A stretch of 64,000 nucleotides of DNA from an uncultured Chloroflexia bacterium (GTDB taxonomy: Bacteria > Chloroflexota > Limnocylindria > Limnocylindrales > CSP1-4). The notes beneath the pieces were generated by a model. That model had not been told where the DNA came from and made no database searches. It saw nothing but the letters and a program-made list of their open reading frames with translations. A program made the position numbers and the translations under genes. Positions 1 through 9,552 of the stretch are shown one piece after another (the stretch's first letter is position 1; the number at the start of each line of letters is the position of its first letter). The stretch lies in the NCBI GenBank assembly GCA_963746845.1, contig CAVVCZ010000007.1:60488-124487 (forward strand), in the 5' to 3' direction.

Positions 1-806
1 CGCTCGCGGACCACGACATCACAAACGTGATCCATCTCGCCGCGCTGCAGGTTCCGTCCTGCCGCGCCGACCCACCGCTTGGGGCACGCGTCAACGTTGC
101 CGGCACCGTCAACGTGTTCGAGGCCGTCCGGCGCCGTGGGCCGGGCATGGCCCCAGTCGTCTACACCGGATCCATCGGCATGTACTCGCTGTCGGACGTC
201 AACCCGGTATCCGGTCGTCTCGAGGAGGACGCCGACGCACATCCCGGAAACCACTACGGCGTCTACAAGCGGGCGAACGAAGGCACAGCCAGGATCTATT
301 GGGCCAATTCGGCCGTGCCGAGCGTGGGGATCCGACCGATGACCGTCTACGGTGCGGGGCGAGACCAAGGGTTGACGAGCAGCCCAACAGCGGCGATCGC
401 CGCCGCGGTGCTCGGGACGCCGTTCCGGATCTCGTTCGGCGGGCGGACCCTGTTCCAGTACGCGGGGGATGTCGCGCGCACGCTCATCCTGGCGAGTCGG
501 AGCGCCCCATCAGGGGCCACGGTCTTCAACCTCGGTGGAAACGCCGTCCACATGGACAACTGGGTCCGGGCGATCGAAGACGCGGTTCCCGAGGCGGCCG
601 GGCTCATCAGCGTCGCCTCGACCGAGCTACCGTTTCCAGCCGACATTGCACACGATCGGCTGGCACAGCTCGGTGAGGTGCCGGTCACGTCATATGACAA
701 GGCCATCGCAGAGACGGCTGCGATCTACCGCCGACTTGCCCGCCAGGGTCGACTCGTCGGTGCCGAACACGGGGTCGCCCAAACCCCGGTGCCCGTCGGC
801 AAGTGA
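1..806 (+). CDS. NAD-dependent epimerase/dehydratase family protein, C-terminal part (5' end outside window)
   Basis: Open frame runs in from the window edge. YxxxK motif (YGVYK) and downstream Rossmann/epimerase-like conservation in the translated ORF. Stop at 804-806. Confidence 0.6.
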   Translation, partial: LADHDITNVIHLAALQVPSCRADPPLGARVNVAGTVNVFEAVRRRGPGMAPVVYTGSIGMYSLSDVNPVSGRLEEDADAHPGNHYGVYKRANEGTARIYWANSAVPSVGIRPMTVYGAGRDQGLTSSPTAAIAAAVLGTPFRISFGGRTLFQYAGDVARTLILASRSAPSGATVFNLGGNAVHMDNWVRAIEDAVPEAAGLISVASTELPFPADIAHDRLAQLGEVPVTSYDKAIAETAAIYRRLARQGRLVGAEHGVAQTPVPVGK

Positions 807-830
807 TCCGCGCGCTCTTGACCCGTCGAC

Positions 831-877
831 AGCCTCGCCGTCCCGGCCGGCCTCCTCCAGGTCTGGGCGGCGAGGCT
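831..877. terminator. Inverted repeat (AGCCTCGCCG ... CGGCGAGGCT) in the convergent intergenic region after the epimerase gene; possible terminator/structured element
   Basis: 10-bp perfect inverted-repeat arms at 831-840 and 868-877 seen in sequence. No clear T-tract, which is expected in a high-GC genome. Confidence 0.3.
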
Positions 878-1122
878 CGTTGATCGGCCGGGGCGCCGCG
901 GACATGCCCATTTGAGGCCTCGTCAGGTTTGTTGGTCTGCCGGTCCGGCCTGCCGGATGCGGCGCGGGCGTGCCGCCGCCTCTCAGCACCATGGTCGGTC
1001 GCAGATTTGAGCTCACGGTCCGCGTCGTGACGACTGCGTCGATGCAGGAGCTGCGAGCCTGGGGGCAGGCGACGACCGACCGCCTGCCCGACGTCCCGGC
1101 GGGCGTGCCCTCGCGGCCGGGC

Positions 1123-2223
1123 TCACCCGACCGCGACCCGGCTCTGCTCGGCCCGGAGCCGCGCGTAGCCCGGCTTGACGATCTCGTTGATCAGGCGGAG
1201 GCGCTCGTCGAACGGGGCGAACGCGCTCTTGAGCGCGTTGATCGTCAGCCACTCCATCTCGCCGAGCCCGATCCTGAACGCCTCGTCGAGCGCGGCGAAC
1301 TCCGACGTGAGCGATACACCGCTCATCAGCCGGTTGTCCGTGTTGACCGTGACCCGGAACCGCAGCCGGCGAAGGAGATCGATCGGATGGTCGGCGATCG
1401 TCGCGGCGGCGCCCGTGTGGACGTTCGATGTCGGGCACATCTCCAGGGGCACCCGACGATCGCGGACGAACGCGGCCAGCCGGCCGAGATGGACCGAGCC
1501 ATCGTCGGCGATCGTGATGTCGTCGACGATCCGGACCCCGTGGCCGAGCCGCTCGGCGCCGGCGAACTGGAGCGCCTCCCAGATCGACGGCAGCCCGAAC
1601 GACTCGCCCGCGTGGATCGTGATGTGGAAGTTCTCCCGGCGGACGAGGTCGAACGCGTCGAGGTAGCGCGTCGGCGGGTAGCCCTTCTCCGGCCCCGCGA
1701 CGTCGAACCCGACGACCCCCTCGTCGCGGTGGCGGACGGCGCACTCGGCCACCTCCACGGACCGCGCCGCCTGGCGCATCGCGGTGACGAGCATCTTCAT
1801 CACGATCGGCCGACCCGCCTCCGCCGCGCGCGCCGCGCCGATGCGGAACCCCTCCAGGTTGGCCACGACCACTTCGTCGAGGGTCAGCCCGTGCTCGGTC
1901 GAGAGCTCCGGGGCGTAGCGGACCTCGGCGTAGACCACGCCGTCAGCCGCCAGATCCTCCGCGCACTCCGCGGCGACCCGGATGATCGCGTCGCGCTCCT
2001 GCATGACCCCGAACGTGTGCTGAAACGTCTCGAGATACAGCTCGAGCGACTTGCGGTCGGCGCCCCGCCGGAACCAGGTCGTCAGCTCGTCGACGTTCAT
2101 CGTCGGCAGCTCGTGTCCGTACTCCCGGGCGAGGTCGACGATCGTCGCCGGGCGCAGGCCGCCGTCGAGATGGTCGTGGAGGAGCGCCTTCGGGGCGGTG
2201 CGGATCGTGTCCTGGGTGAGCAT
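1123..2223 (-). CDS. add: adenosine deaminase
   Basis: Translation MLTQDTIRTAPKALLHDHLDGG..., with HxHxDG metal-binding start and the SLNTDDP-like TVNTDN motif. ATG at 2221-2223 identified inside a longer artefactual ORF (565 aa). About 367 aa, typical for Add. Confidence 0.85.
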   Translation of the reverse strand: MLTQDTIRTAPKALLHDHLDGGLRPATIVDLAREYGHELPTMNVDELTTWFRRGADRKSLELYLETFQHTFGVMQERDAIIRVAAECAEDLAADGVVYAEVRYAPELSTEHGLTLDEVVVANLEGFRIGAARAAEAGRPIVMKMLVTAMRQAARSVEVAECAVRHRDEGVVGFDVAGPEKGYPPTRYLDAFDLVRRENFHITIHAGESFGLPSIWEALQFAGAERLGHGVRIVDDITIADDGSVHLGRLAAFVRDRRVPLEMCPTSNVHTGAAATIADHPIDLLRRLRFRVTVNTDNRLMSGVSLTSEFAALDEAFRIGLGEMEWLTINALKSAFAPFDERLRLINEIVKPGYARLRAEQSRVAVG

Positions 2224-2359
2224 GCGTCCTCGACCGCTGCGCGGGTTTGCGGGGATGGTACGACCGCCGCGGCTGGTCGGAGCCATCGTTGACCACGGAC
2301 ACCCCATCGGTTGAACGACCGATGACGCAGCCCATCCCACCGGGCCTACACTGCGCGCC

Positions 2360-5281
2360 ATGAAGCGCGCCGGTTCGATGCTCTGTCCCGTCATCCTCGG
2401 ACGCGACGACTTGCTCGACCTGTTGGACGACTCGATCGCGGAGACACGCCAGGGTCGTGGCAGCACCCTGTTCCTGTCCGCTCCAGCAGGCCTCGGCAAG
2501 ACCCGCCTGATCCGGGCCACCATCAGGAAGGCGGAGGCCGCCGGGCTCCGGGTTGACGGTGGCTCCGTCGCGCCGCAGGACCACCAGGTGCCGCTGGCGT
2601 CGATCCGCGAGATGGCCGTCGGGATGCGCGGCAACGCCGCGTGGGGCACGCTGTCCGAGGACCTCCTCGCCATCGATGGCCACCACGACGGCGATGCGCT
2701 CGGGGCGCGACGGCTGATCGTCCGGGCGGCGGCGGACCGGATCCTCGCGGCGATCGACCGCCCGACGCTGCTCATCTTCGACGACCTCCACTGGACCGAC
2801 GAGATGAGCCTGGAGGTCATCGGCGAGCTCGCGCGCCACAGCGCGGAGCGCGCGCTGTTCCTGCTGGCCGGCTATCGGGCCGACGAGTTCCGGCCGGACA
2901 CGATCCACCGCGAGTGGCGTGCGCGGCTCTTGAGCCAGCGCCATGCGGAGGAGGTCCGCCTCCGGCCACTCACCCGCGAGGAGACCGGAACCGCGACCAC
3001 GCTCATCCTCGGCGGCGAGCTGCCGGCGCCGCGTGAGGTCGTCGACGCGGTCCACGACCGGACAAACGGGATTCCGCTCCACATCGAGGAGCTCCTCGCC
3101 GCGCTGGGCGACGACGAGCGGCGCGACGGTCGGCGCATCCGCGACGCCCATGTGCCGGACACCATCGGCGATGCAGTCCTGGCCCGGCTGGCCCGGCTGT
3201 CCGGCAATGCCCAGCTGGTCGCGCGAGCGGGCGCCGTCATCGGGCGCTGCTTCAGCCCGGACGTGATCGCCGGCCTGCTCGATCGCCCGCTGGTGGAGCT
3301 CGAACCAACGATCGCCGAACTCGTTGACGCCTCGATCCTTTACCCGTTCGACTACATCGACCAGGGCTACTACGACTTCCGTCACCAGCTCCTGCGCGAC
3401 GCGATCTACGGCGCCGTCCCGCCGTCGCAGCTGCGGAAGTTCCACGCCCAGGCCGCCGAGTTCGTGATGACGCTCGAGGGGTCCAGCGTGGTCCACGCAT
3501 CGCGTCATTACGAGCGGGCCGGGCTCCGACCACAGGCCTTCCGCGCGTCGATGACGGCCGCCCAGGCGGCCAGTCGGATCTCCGCGCGGCAGGAGGCCTA
3601 CGAGCTGTACCGGAGGGCCGTCGACAACATGCCGCCGGACCTGCCGATCACCGAACAGGCCCAGCTGTACTCATCGGTCGCCGGAGCCGCGGGGGCGATC
3701 GAGCTGAACCAGGAGTGCTACGACGCCGCGGCCATGGCGCGCGCGCTGTGGCTGGAGGCGGGACGCCCGCTCGAGGCAGCGGAGATGCTTGGCTCGATGT
3801 CCGTTCTCACCGCGCGCGACGGCTCGCCCGCCGATCAGCTCCGCGCGATGGCCGAGCAGGCGCTGGCCGAGATCCAGGACTTGCCCGTGACGCGCGAGCG
3901 GGAGGTCGTGCGGGGATCCCTCCTGAGCTCGGTGGCCGCGAACTTCCTGTGGGCCTCGGATCTCGAGTCTGCCCGGACGACCGCCATGTCCGCGCGCGAG
4001 CTGTCGGACTCGGTCGGCGACCGCGAGACCGCCCTCGAAGCGGAGCTGTGCCTGGCCCGGATCGACATCGCTGCCGGTCGGATCGAGCAGGGCCTGTCGG
4101 ACGGGATGCGCGCGGCTCGGGAGGCGCGCGATGCCGGCTACGAGAGCGTCGGGGTGACCGGCTACCGAAACCTGGCGATCATGGCCGCCCGGGTCATGGA
4201 CCACGGCTCGGCGAAGGTCGCAATCGGAGAGGGCCTCCAGTACGCCGACGCGATCGAGCAATCCCATTGCCGCCAGATGATCGCGACGACATTGGCGATC
4301 CTCGACTGGGCGGCAGGAAACTGGGAAGACGCGGACGCGCGTGCCCGCCAGGAGCTCGTCGACCGCGGCTGCCGTCGGGGGGTCATCGGGGCGCTCGATG
4401 CGATCGGCCTGGTGGCGCTCGGGCACGGCCGATTGGATGAGGCCCGCCGCTGGCTGGACGAGTCGCTGGACACGGGCAAGGGGATCGGCGAGGCGCAGCT
4501 GATCCTCACGCCGTTGTGGGGCCTGGCCGAGGTGGACCTCGCGGCCGGCAGTCCGGCCGACGCCGTCGCCCGCTGCGGGCAGGCGCTCGACATCGTCGGG
4601 CGCGCGGACGAGCGGGCGCTCCTCATCCCATTCGTGGTGACCGGGACCCGGGCGTTGCTCGCCGCCCGGCGGCCGGACGACGCGGAGCGCTGGCTGGCGA
4701 CGATGCGGGACGAGCTGGTGGGCTGGGAGGCCGTGGCGGAGCCGGCCCTCGCCCACGCCGATGGGCTCGTGAAGCTGGCGGCCGGTTCGCTGTCCGCAGG
4801 GCGTGAGGCGTTCGAGATCGCGATCCGCGGCTGGGACGAGCGACGCCGCTTCTGGGAGGCGTCCTGGGCGCGGCTCGACCTGGCCCACGCGCTCATTCGT
4901 TCGAACCGCTACGGCGAGGCGTCGACGCTCGTGGTCCAGGTCCGGACGCGGGCCGAGATCGTCGAGAGCCCCGCCCTCATGGCCCGGGCCGACGAGCTGG
5001 CCCGGATCGGGCGCGGGCGGGGCACGACCGAGGAGCCGTGGCATCCGCTGACCGCCCGCGAATTCGAGGTCGCCCGGCTGATCGCGGAGGGTCTCACGAA
5101 CGGCGAGATCGCCGAACAGCTCGACATCGCGCCGAAGACGGCCAGCTCGCACGTCGAGCACATCCTCGCGAAGCTCGGGGTCACGCGCCGGGCGGAGATC
5201 GCAGCCTGGACGGCGACGGTCAATCGGCCGGTCGCGGCAGACCGCACCGGCGGCGGCACGGCCGTCGCCACCCGCCGCTAG
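2360..5281 (+). CDS. large ATP-binding LuxR-family (LAL/MalT-like) transcriptional regulator
   Basis: 973 aa. N-terminal Walker A (APAGLGKTRL) AAA/NACHT-like domain, TPR-like middle, C-terminal LuxR HTH (LTAREFEVARLIAEGLTNGEIAEQL...TASSHVEHILAKLGV). Confidence 0.8.
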   Translation: MKRAGSMLCPVILGRDDLLDLLDDSIAETRQGRGSTLFLSAPAGLGKTRLIRATIRKAEAAGLRVDGGSVAPQDHQVPLASIREMAVGMRGNAAWGTLSEDLLAIDGHHDGDALGARRLIVRAAADRILAAIDRPTLLIFDDLHWTDEMSLEVIGELARHSAERALFLLAGYRADEFRPDTIHREWRARLLSQRHAEEVRLRPLTREETGTATTLILGGELPAPREVVDAVHDRTNGIPLHIEELLAALGDDERRDGRRIRDAHVPDTIGDAVLARLARLSGNAQLVARAGAVIGRCFSPDVIAGLLDRPLVELEPTIAELVDASILYPFDYIDQGYYDFRHQLLRDAIYGAVPPSQLRKFHAQAAEFVMTLEGSSVVHASRHYERAGLRPQAFRASMTAAQAASRISARQEAYELYRRAVDNMPPDLPITEQAQLYSSVAGAAGAIELNQECYDAAAMARALWLEAGRPLEAAEMLGSMSVLTARDGSPADQLRAMAEQALAEIQDLPVTREREVVRGSLLSSVAANFLWASDLESARTTAMSARELSDSVGDRETALEAELCLARIDIAAGRIEQGLSDGMRAAREARDAGYESVGVTGYRNLAIMAARVMDHGSAKVAIGEGLQYADAIEQSHCRQMIATTLAILDWAAGNWEDADARARQELVDRGCRRGVIGALDAIGLVALGHGRLDEARRWLDESLDTGKGIGEAQLILTPLWGLAEVDLAAGSPADAVARCGQALDIVGRADERALLIPFVVTGTRALLAARRPDDAERWLATMRDELVGWEAVAEPALAHADGLVKLAAGSLSAGREAFEIAIRGWDERRRFWEASWARLDLAHALIRSNRYGEASTLVVQVRTRAEIVESPALMARADELARIGRGRGTTEEPWHPLTAREFEVARLIAEGLTNGEIAEQLDIAPKTASSHVEHILAKLGVTRRAEIAAWTATVNRPVAADRTGGGTAVATRR

Positions 5282-5412
5282 GGACGACCCGCTCCGCCTC
5301 TCGCCGCGACTCGGAATCCGTCGTCCCGAAGACTCCCGCTGCCCGCCCGGAATCGAGATCGGGTGGCGACACCGATGCGCGTCACCACCCGATCCGGACC
5401 CCCCGTCCCCGA

Positions 5413-5661
5413 TCAGACCTCGATCGGGAGCTCGTAGATCTCGGGCGTCGGATGGCCGGCCCGCTCGTGGACGCGCATCACGGCTTCCCTGGACGGGCCG
5501 GTCGCGAGGCAGAACACCTTGCCGGACTCCGGATCGAGCCAGGCTCGCTCGTAGTGCACGCCTTCCTCGCCCTCGAGCTCGAGGTCGCGCTGATGCGCCT
5601 CCAGCAGCTGCTGTCGGGTGACGCCGACAAAGCCGTTGTGGATGTCCATGAACGTCGCCAC
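5413..5661 (-). CDS. DUF4242-family small protein
   Basis: 82-aa ORF MATFMDIHNGFVGVTRQQLLEAHQRDLELEGEEGVHYERAWLDPESGKVFCLATGP..., matching the conserved DUF4242 pattern. Coding-like codon usage. Confidence 0.55.
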   Translation of the reverse strand: MATFMDIHNGFVGVTRQQLLEAHQRDLELEGEEGVHYERAWLDPESGKVFCLATGPSREAVMRVHERAGHPTPEIYELPIEV

Positions 5662-5819
5662 CGCGGATCCTCCGTTCGGTTCAGGCTGATCGACGACCGT
5701 CGATCGATGCCCTGACGATCGCGTCCACCGGGACGTCGGTCATCGGTCAATCGCCCGATGAGCGGTGGGATTCACGCGACCGACGGATGACCGACCGGCG
5801 GGGCCGGTCGCCGTCGGCC

Positions 5820-7274
5820 CTACCCGGCGTCGAGGCGCGCCCGCGCGGCCGCGATCGCCGCCGCCACCCGTCCCGGGGCCGTCCCGCCGGTGATGTCGGC
5901 CGCGGCGAGCGATCCCTCGACGGTCGCCGCGGACAGGAGGCTCGCCCCGATCCCGGGCTCCGCGGCAAGCGTGCGCGCCGTCGCGTCGTCGGAGGCCCCC
6001 AGCAGCGTCTCGAGGGCGGCCGGCGGCAGGTCCGCGAGCCGGCTCACGCCGTCCCGCTCGGCCCCCGCGACCAGCGCCCCCACGACGTGGTGGGCGGCAC
6101 GGAACGGCACGCCGCGCCGGACGAGCGCGTCGGCCAGGGTTGTCGCCGTCGTATAGCCCTCGGCCGCCGCGGACGCCATCGCGGCCCGATCGATCGCGAG
6201 CGTCGTCACAAGCCCGGCCATGACCGCGAGCGATGCCTCCGCCGTCGCGACCGCGGCGAAGAGCGGCGGCTTGTCCTCCTGGAGGTCGCGCTGGTAGCCG
6301 AGCGGCAGGCCCTTGAGCAGGGTCAGGACACCCGCGACGGCAGCGATCGTTGCCGCCGTCCGGCCGCGGACGAGCTCGGCCGGGTCCGGGTTCCGCTTGT
6401 TCGGCATCATCGAGCTCCCCGTCGAGTACGCCTCTGCGACCCGGATGAACCCGAAGCGCGGGTTCGACCACCAGGCGATCTCCTCGGCGAGCCGGCTCAG
6501 GTGGACCATCGCCAACGCGATCGCCGCCAGCGTCTCGACGACGAAGTCGCGGTCCCCGACTGCATCGAGCGAATTCGCGGTGACCCCGTCGAACCCGAGC
6601 TCCGCGGCCGTGGCCTCGCGGTCGATCGGGTAGCCCGCACCGGCCAGCGCCCCGCTGCCGAGCGGGCTCACGTTCAGCCGGCGCCGCGCGTCCGCCAGGC
6701 GTCCGCGATCGCGCTCGGCCATCTCGACGTAGGCGAGCAGGTGGTGGCCGAACAGCACCGGCTGGGCCGGCTGGGTGTGGGTCGATCCGGGCAGGACCGC
6801 GTCCCCGTCGCGCTCGGCGAGCCCGACGAGGGCGTCCTCGAACGCAAGGAGCCCGGCATCGAGCCGGTCGATCGCCCGGCGCGTCCAGAGCCGGAGATCC
6901 GTTGCGACCTGGTCATTGCGCGACCGACCGGTGTGGAGCCGACCGGCGACGGGTCCGATCCGCTCGGTCAGCGCCGCCTCGAGGTTCAGGTGGACGTCCT
7001 CGAGGGCCGGATCCCAGCGCAGCTCGCCGCCGACGACGTCGCGCCGGAGGTCCTGGAGCCCGGCAACGAGCGTCGCCACGTCCGCATCGTCGAGGATCCC
7101 GGCGCGGCCGAGACCGCGGACATGGGCGATCGACCCGTCGAGGTCGTCGAGGGCGAGCTCCGCGTCGACGTGAATCGAGCGTCCGAACGCGGCCGCCCGC
7201 TCGGCGGCGTCGTCGTCGATGCCGTCGCCCCCAGCCGTGAACCGCCCGCCCCACAGTCGCATGGCGGCAATCAT
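5820..7274 (-). CDS. argH: argininosuccinate lyase
   Basis: MRLWGGRF N-terminus, fumarate-lyase signature GSSxMPxKxN (GSSMMPNKRNP). About 485 aa. The ORF track extends 20 codons upstream; the ATGs at 7272-7274 and 7260-7262 are the likely starts. Confidence 0.9.
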   Translation of the reverse strand: MIAAMRLWGGRFTAGGDGIDDDAAERAAAFGRSIHVDAELALDDLDGSIAHVRGLGRAGILDDADVATLVAGLQDLRRDVVGGELRWDPALEDVHLNLEAALTERIGPVAGRLHTGRSRNDQVATDLRLWTRRAIDRLDAGLLAFEDALVGLAERDGDAVLPGSTHTQPAQPVLFGHHLLAYVEMAERDRGRLADARRRLNVSPLGSGALAGAGYPIDREATAAELGFDGVTANSLDAVGDRDFVVETLAAIALAMVHLSRLAEEIAWWSNPRFGFIRVAEAYSTGSSMMPNKRNPDPAELVRGRTAATIAAVAGVLTLLKGLPLGYQRDLQEDKPPLFAAVATAEASLAVMAGLVTTLAIDRAAMASAAAEGYTTATTLADALVRRGVPFRAAHHVVGALVAGAERDGVSRLADLPPAALETLLGASDDATARTLAAEPGIGASLLSAATVEGSLAAADITGGTAPGRVAAAIAAARARLDAG

Positions 7275-7388
7275 GCCGCGATCCGACAGGGTTGGGCGGG
7301 ATGATCGCGTCGAGCCGGTACCGCCGACCTGCAACGGCGGTGCCGGCCGGTGTGTTCCGACGGGTAGAGCGGCCCCTTCCCCTCCGCA

Positions 7389-7414
7389 GGTTGGATCAGT
7401 AGACTAGGCCAACC
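7389..7414. promoter_or_regulatory. Inverted repeat GGTTGG-N14-CCAACC in the argH/eamA divergent promoter region
   Basis: Perfect 6-bp arms at 7389-7394 and 7409-7414, about 20 bp upstream of the eamA ATG (7435) and its GAGGA RBS. Candidate operator. Confidence 0.3.
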
Positions 7415-7434
7415 GCATCGCGAACCGAGGAACC

Positions 7435-8400
7435 ATGACCACGCGCAGCTCCCGGATCGACTGGCTGATCTTCATCGCCCTTGGCTTCTTCTGGGGCAGC
7501 AGCTACCTGTTCATCAAGATCGGGGTCGACCACGGTCTCGAGCCGTTCACGCTGATCATGTTCCGGCTGCTGATCGGGTTCATCCTGCTCGCCTCGGTCG
7601 TCGCGATCGCCCGCCAGCCGCTCCCCCGCGACCCGCGGACGTACGGTCACCTGCTGGTCATGGGCACGATCAACATCGCGATCCCGTTCGCCCTGATCAC
7701 CTTTGCCGAGCAGACGGTCGACTCGTCGCTCGCGTCCGTCATCAACAGCGCCGTGCCGCTGTTCGTGATCGTCCTGGCGGCGATCTTCCTGCCCGGCGAG
7801 ACGATCACCGTCAACCGCCTGGCCGGGCTCGGGATCGGGTTCGTCGGCGTCGCGATCCTCGTCGGGTTCGACGTGTCGGCGCTCGGCGGCTCCAACGTCA
7901 CGGGTGAGCTCGCCCTCATCCTCGCGACGATCTCGTATGCCGCCGGCAACGTCTACGCGAAGCGCAACATCCACGGTCTGCGCCCGATGATCCCGGCCGT
8001 CTTCCAGGTGTTCTTCGGGCTGCTCGTGACGAGCTCCCTCGCCTTCACGACCGAGCGCCCGCTCGCGGTCGACTGGTCGCCCGAGGCCGTCCTCGCCGTC
8101 GTCTGGCTCGGGCTGCTCGGCTCCGGACTCGCCTATCTGTGCTACTTCCGGATCCTCCAGCGATGGGGCGCGACGCGAACCTCGCTCGTCGCCTACCTCC
8201 TGCCGGTCTGGGGGATCGCTCTCGGCTCGATCGTCCTGAGCGAGCCGATCGCCGCGACGACGCTCGTGGGGACGGCGCTGATCATCGGCGGGATCGCGCT
8301 GGTGAACTCCCGGTACGGCACGCGGGCACTCTACGTCCGGGGTGGCCCGGCCGTGCCGGCGACGGCCGTCCACGCTCCGCAGCCGGAGGCGCGGCCCTAG
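7435..8400 (+). CDS. EamA/DMT-superfamily transporter
   Basis: 321 aa, 10 predicted TM segments, two EamA-like repeats (FFWGSSYLFIK ..., ...GLLGSGLAYLCYF). Confidence 0.8.
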   Translation: MTTRSSRIDWLIFIALGFFWGSSYLFIKIGVDHGLEPFTLIMFRLLIGFILLASVVAIARQPLPRDPRTYGHLLVMGTINIAIPFALITFAEQTVDSSLASVINSAVPLFVIVLAAIFLPGETITVNRLAGLGIGFVGVAILVGFDVSALGGSNVTGELALILATISYAAGNVYAKRNIHGLRPMIPAVFQVFFGLLVTSSLAFTTERPLAVDWSPEAVLAVVWLGLLGSGLAYLCYFRILQRWGATRTSLVAYLLPVWGIALGSIVLSEPIAATTLVGTALIIGGIALVNSRYGTRALYVRGGPAVPATAVHAPQPEARP

Positions 8401-8409
8401 CCCGGCCGG

Positions 8410-9552
8410 TCATCCGACCCTGACGATCTCGACGGCCGGTGATTCCCCGCGATCCTCGACCGGGATCGCGCCGAGCGTGGCTCCGCTCGCCTCGGGGATC
8501 GTGTCGTTGATGAACAGCCCGGTCGCGGTCTCGACCGACGCCCGGACCTTCAGGAGGTCGGCGGTCCGGTGGGGCGGGGAGAACTCGATCGAGAGGTGCC
8601 AGTCGTCGGCGCCGTTCGGGGCCTCCTGGACGACCATCAGGTACGGCAGCTCGAACCCGAACAGGCCGTCGTAGCGGAGGACGAGGCGGCGCAGGATCCG
8701 GGCGAGCTCCACGCGCTCGCCGGGGTCCAGGTCGCCGAGCCGGCGGGCGCCGTGCCGGCGGGCCCGGACGTGGACCTCGAACGGCCAGCGCGGGGCGAAC
8801 GGGACGCCCACCGCGAACGCCCCCGAGGCCTCGATCGTCCGGGCTCCGGCGGCCGCGACGTCCGCCTCCGTCTCGCCGGCCGGGCCCGGCTCCGTGAGCG
8901 AACATCCGAGACAGCCGCCCGTCCGCGCCCGGTGACCCGCGAGCGCCTCCACCCGGGCGGCGATGAGCGACGGCACCCGGTCGAACGCGTAGATCTGGCC
9001 GTGCGGGTGCGACAGGGTCGCCCCGACGGCGGCGCCGCGGTTCTCGAAGATCAGGACGAACGCGTGACGCGGATCCGACCAGAGATCGCGCGAGCGGTCG
9101 GCCCAGATCGCGACGAGCCGGGCCAGCGCGTCAGGGTCGAGGGTCGCGAGGGAGCCCTCGTGGCGGTCCGTGTACAGGACGACCTCGCAGCGACCGAACG
9201 ACGGGGCGACGCCGGTCAGGTCCGGCGGCGGCGGCGGGTCCGGCTCGAGCGACGGGAACCGGTTCTCGAAGACCGCGGCGTCGTAGGCGAACGGGACCTC
9301 CGGGCCGCCCGGGCAGAGCGGACAGGCCGGTCCGGAGCCGCCCGGGGCCGCTGAGGCGTCGGGCCGGGTGTTGCGCGCCGGCGAGATCGCGACCCAGCCG
9401 TCCGTCAGCGCGTCGTGGCGCAGGTGGAGGCCGGTCGGGCCCTCCGCTGCGGGCGCGGCCGCCTGGCTCTCGTCGAGCGTGCCGCGAAGGGGGCCGTACA
9501 CGTAGAGGCGGCGTCCGTCCGCATGCCGCAGGAGGTGTCGCTCGACGGTCAC
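8410..9552 (-). CDS. galT: galactose-1-phosphate uridylyltransferase
   Basis: CPLCPG zinc motif and HPHGQIYA (HxHxQ) active-site motif of the HIT-family GalT. Its stop overlaps the galK start. Confidence 0.85.
   Translation of the reverse strand: MTVERHLLRHADGRRLYVYGPLRGTLDESQAAAPAAEGPTGLHLRHDALTDGWVAISPARNTRPDASAAPGGSGPACPLCPGGPEVPFAYDAAVFENRFPSLEPDPPPPPDLTGVAPSFGRCEVVLYTDRHEGSLATLDPDALARLVAIWADRSRDLWSDPRHAFVLIFENRGAAVGATLSHPHGQIYAFDRVPSLIAARVEALAGHRARTGGCLGCSLTEPGPAGETEADVAAAGARTIEASGAFAVGVPFAPRWPFEVHVRARRHGARRLGDLDPGERVELARILRRLVLRYDGLFGFELPYLMVVQEAPNGADDWHLSIEFSPPHRTADLLKVRASVETATGLFINDTIPEASGATLGAIPVEDRGESPAVEIVRVG

Noticed and set aside
970-2292. 440-aa plus-strand ORF antisense to adenosine deaminase (also 3671..5161, 10922..12370, 16481..18865, 42437..44167, 5787..7304 and similar)
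   Set aside because: Antisense or alternate-frame ORFs with extreme Arg/Asp/Gly/Pro content and no family resemblance. They overlap well-supported genes on the other strand. Long open frames are expected by chance at this GC content.
5740-6471. 243-aa minus ORF and other ORFs overlapping argH
   Set aside because: Alternate frames of argH with G/R-rich composition. argH itself has clear signatures in its own frame.
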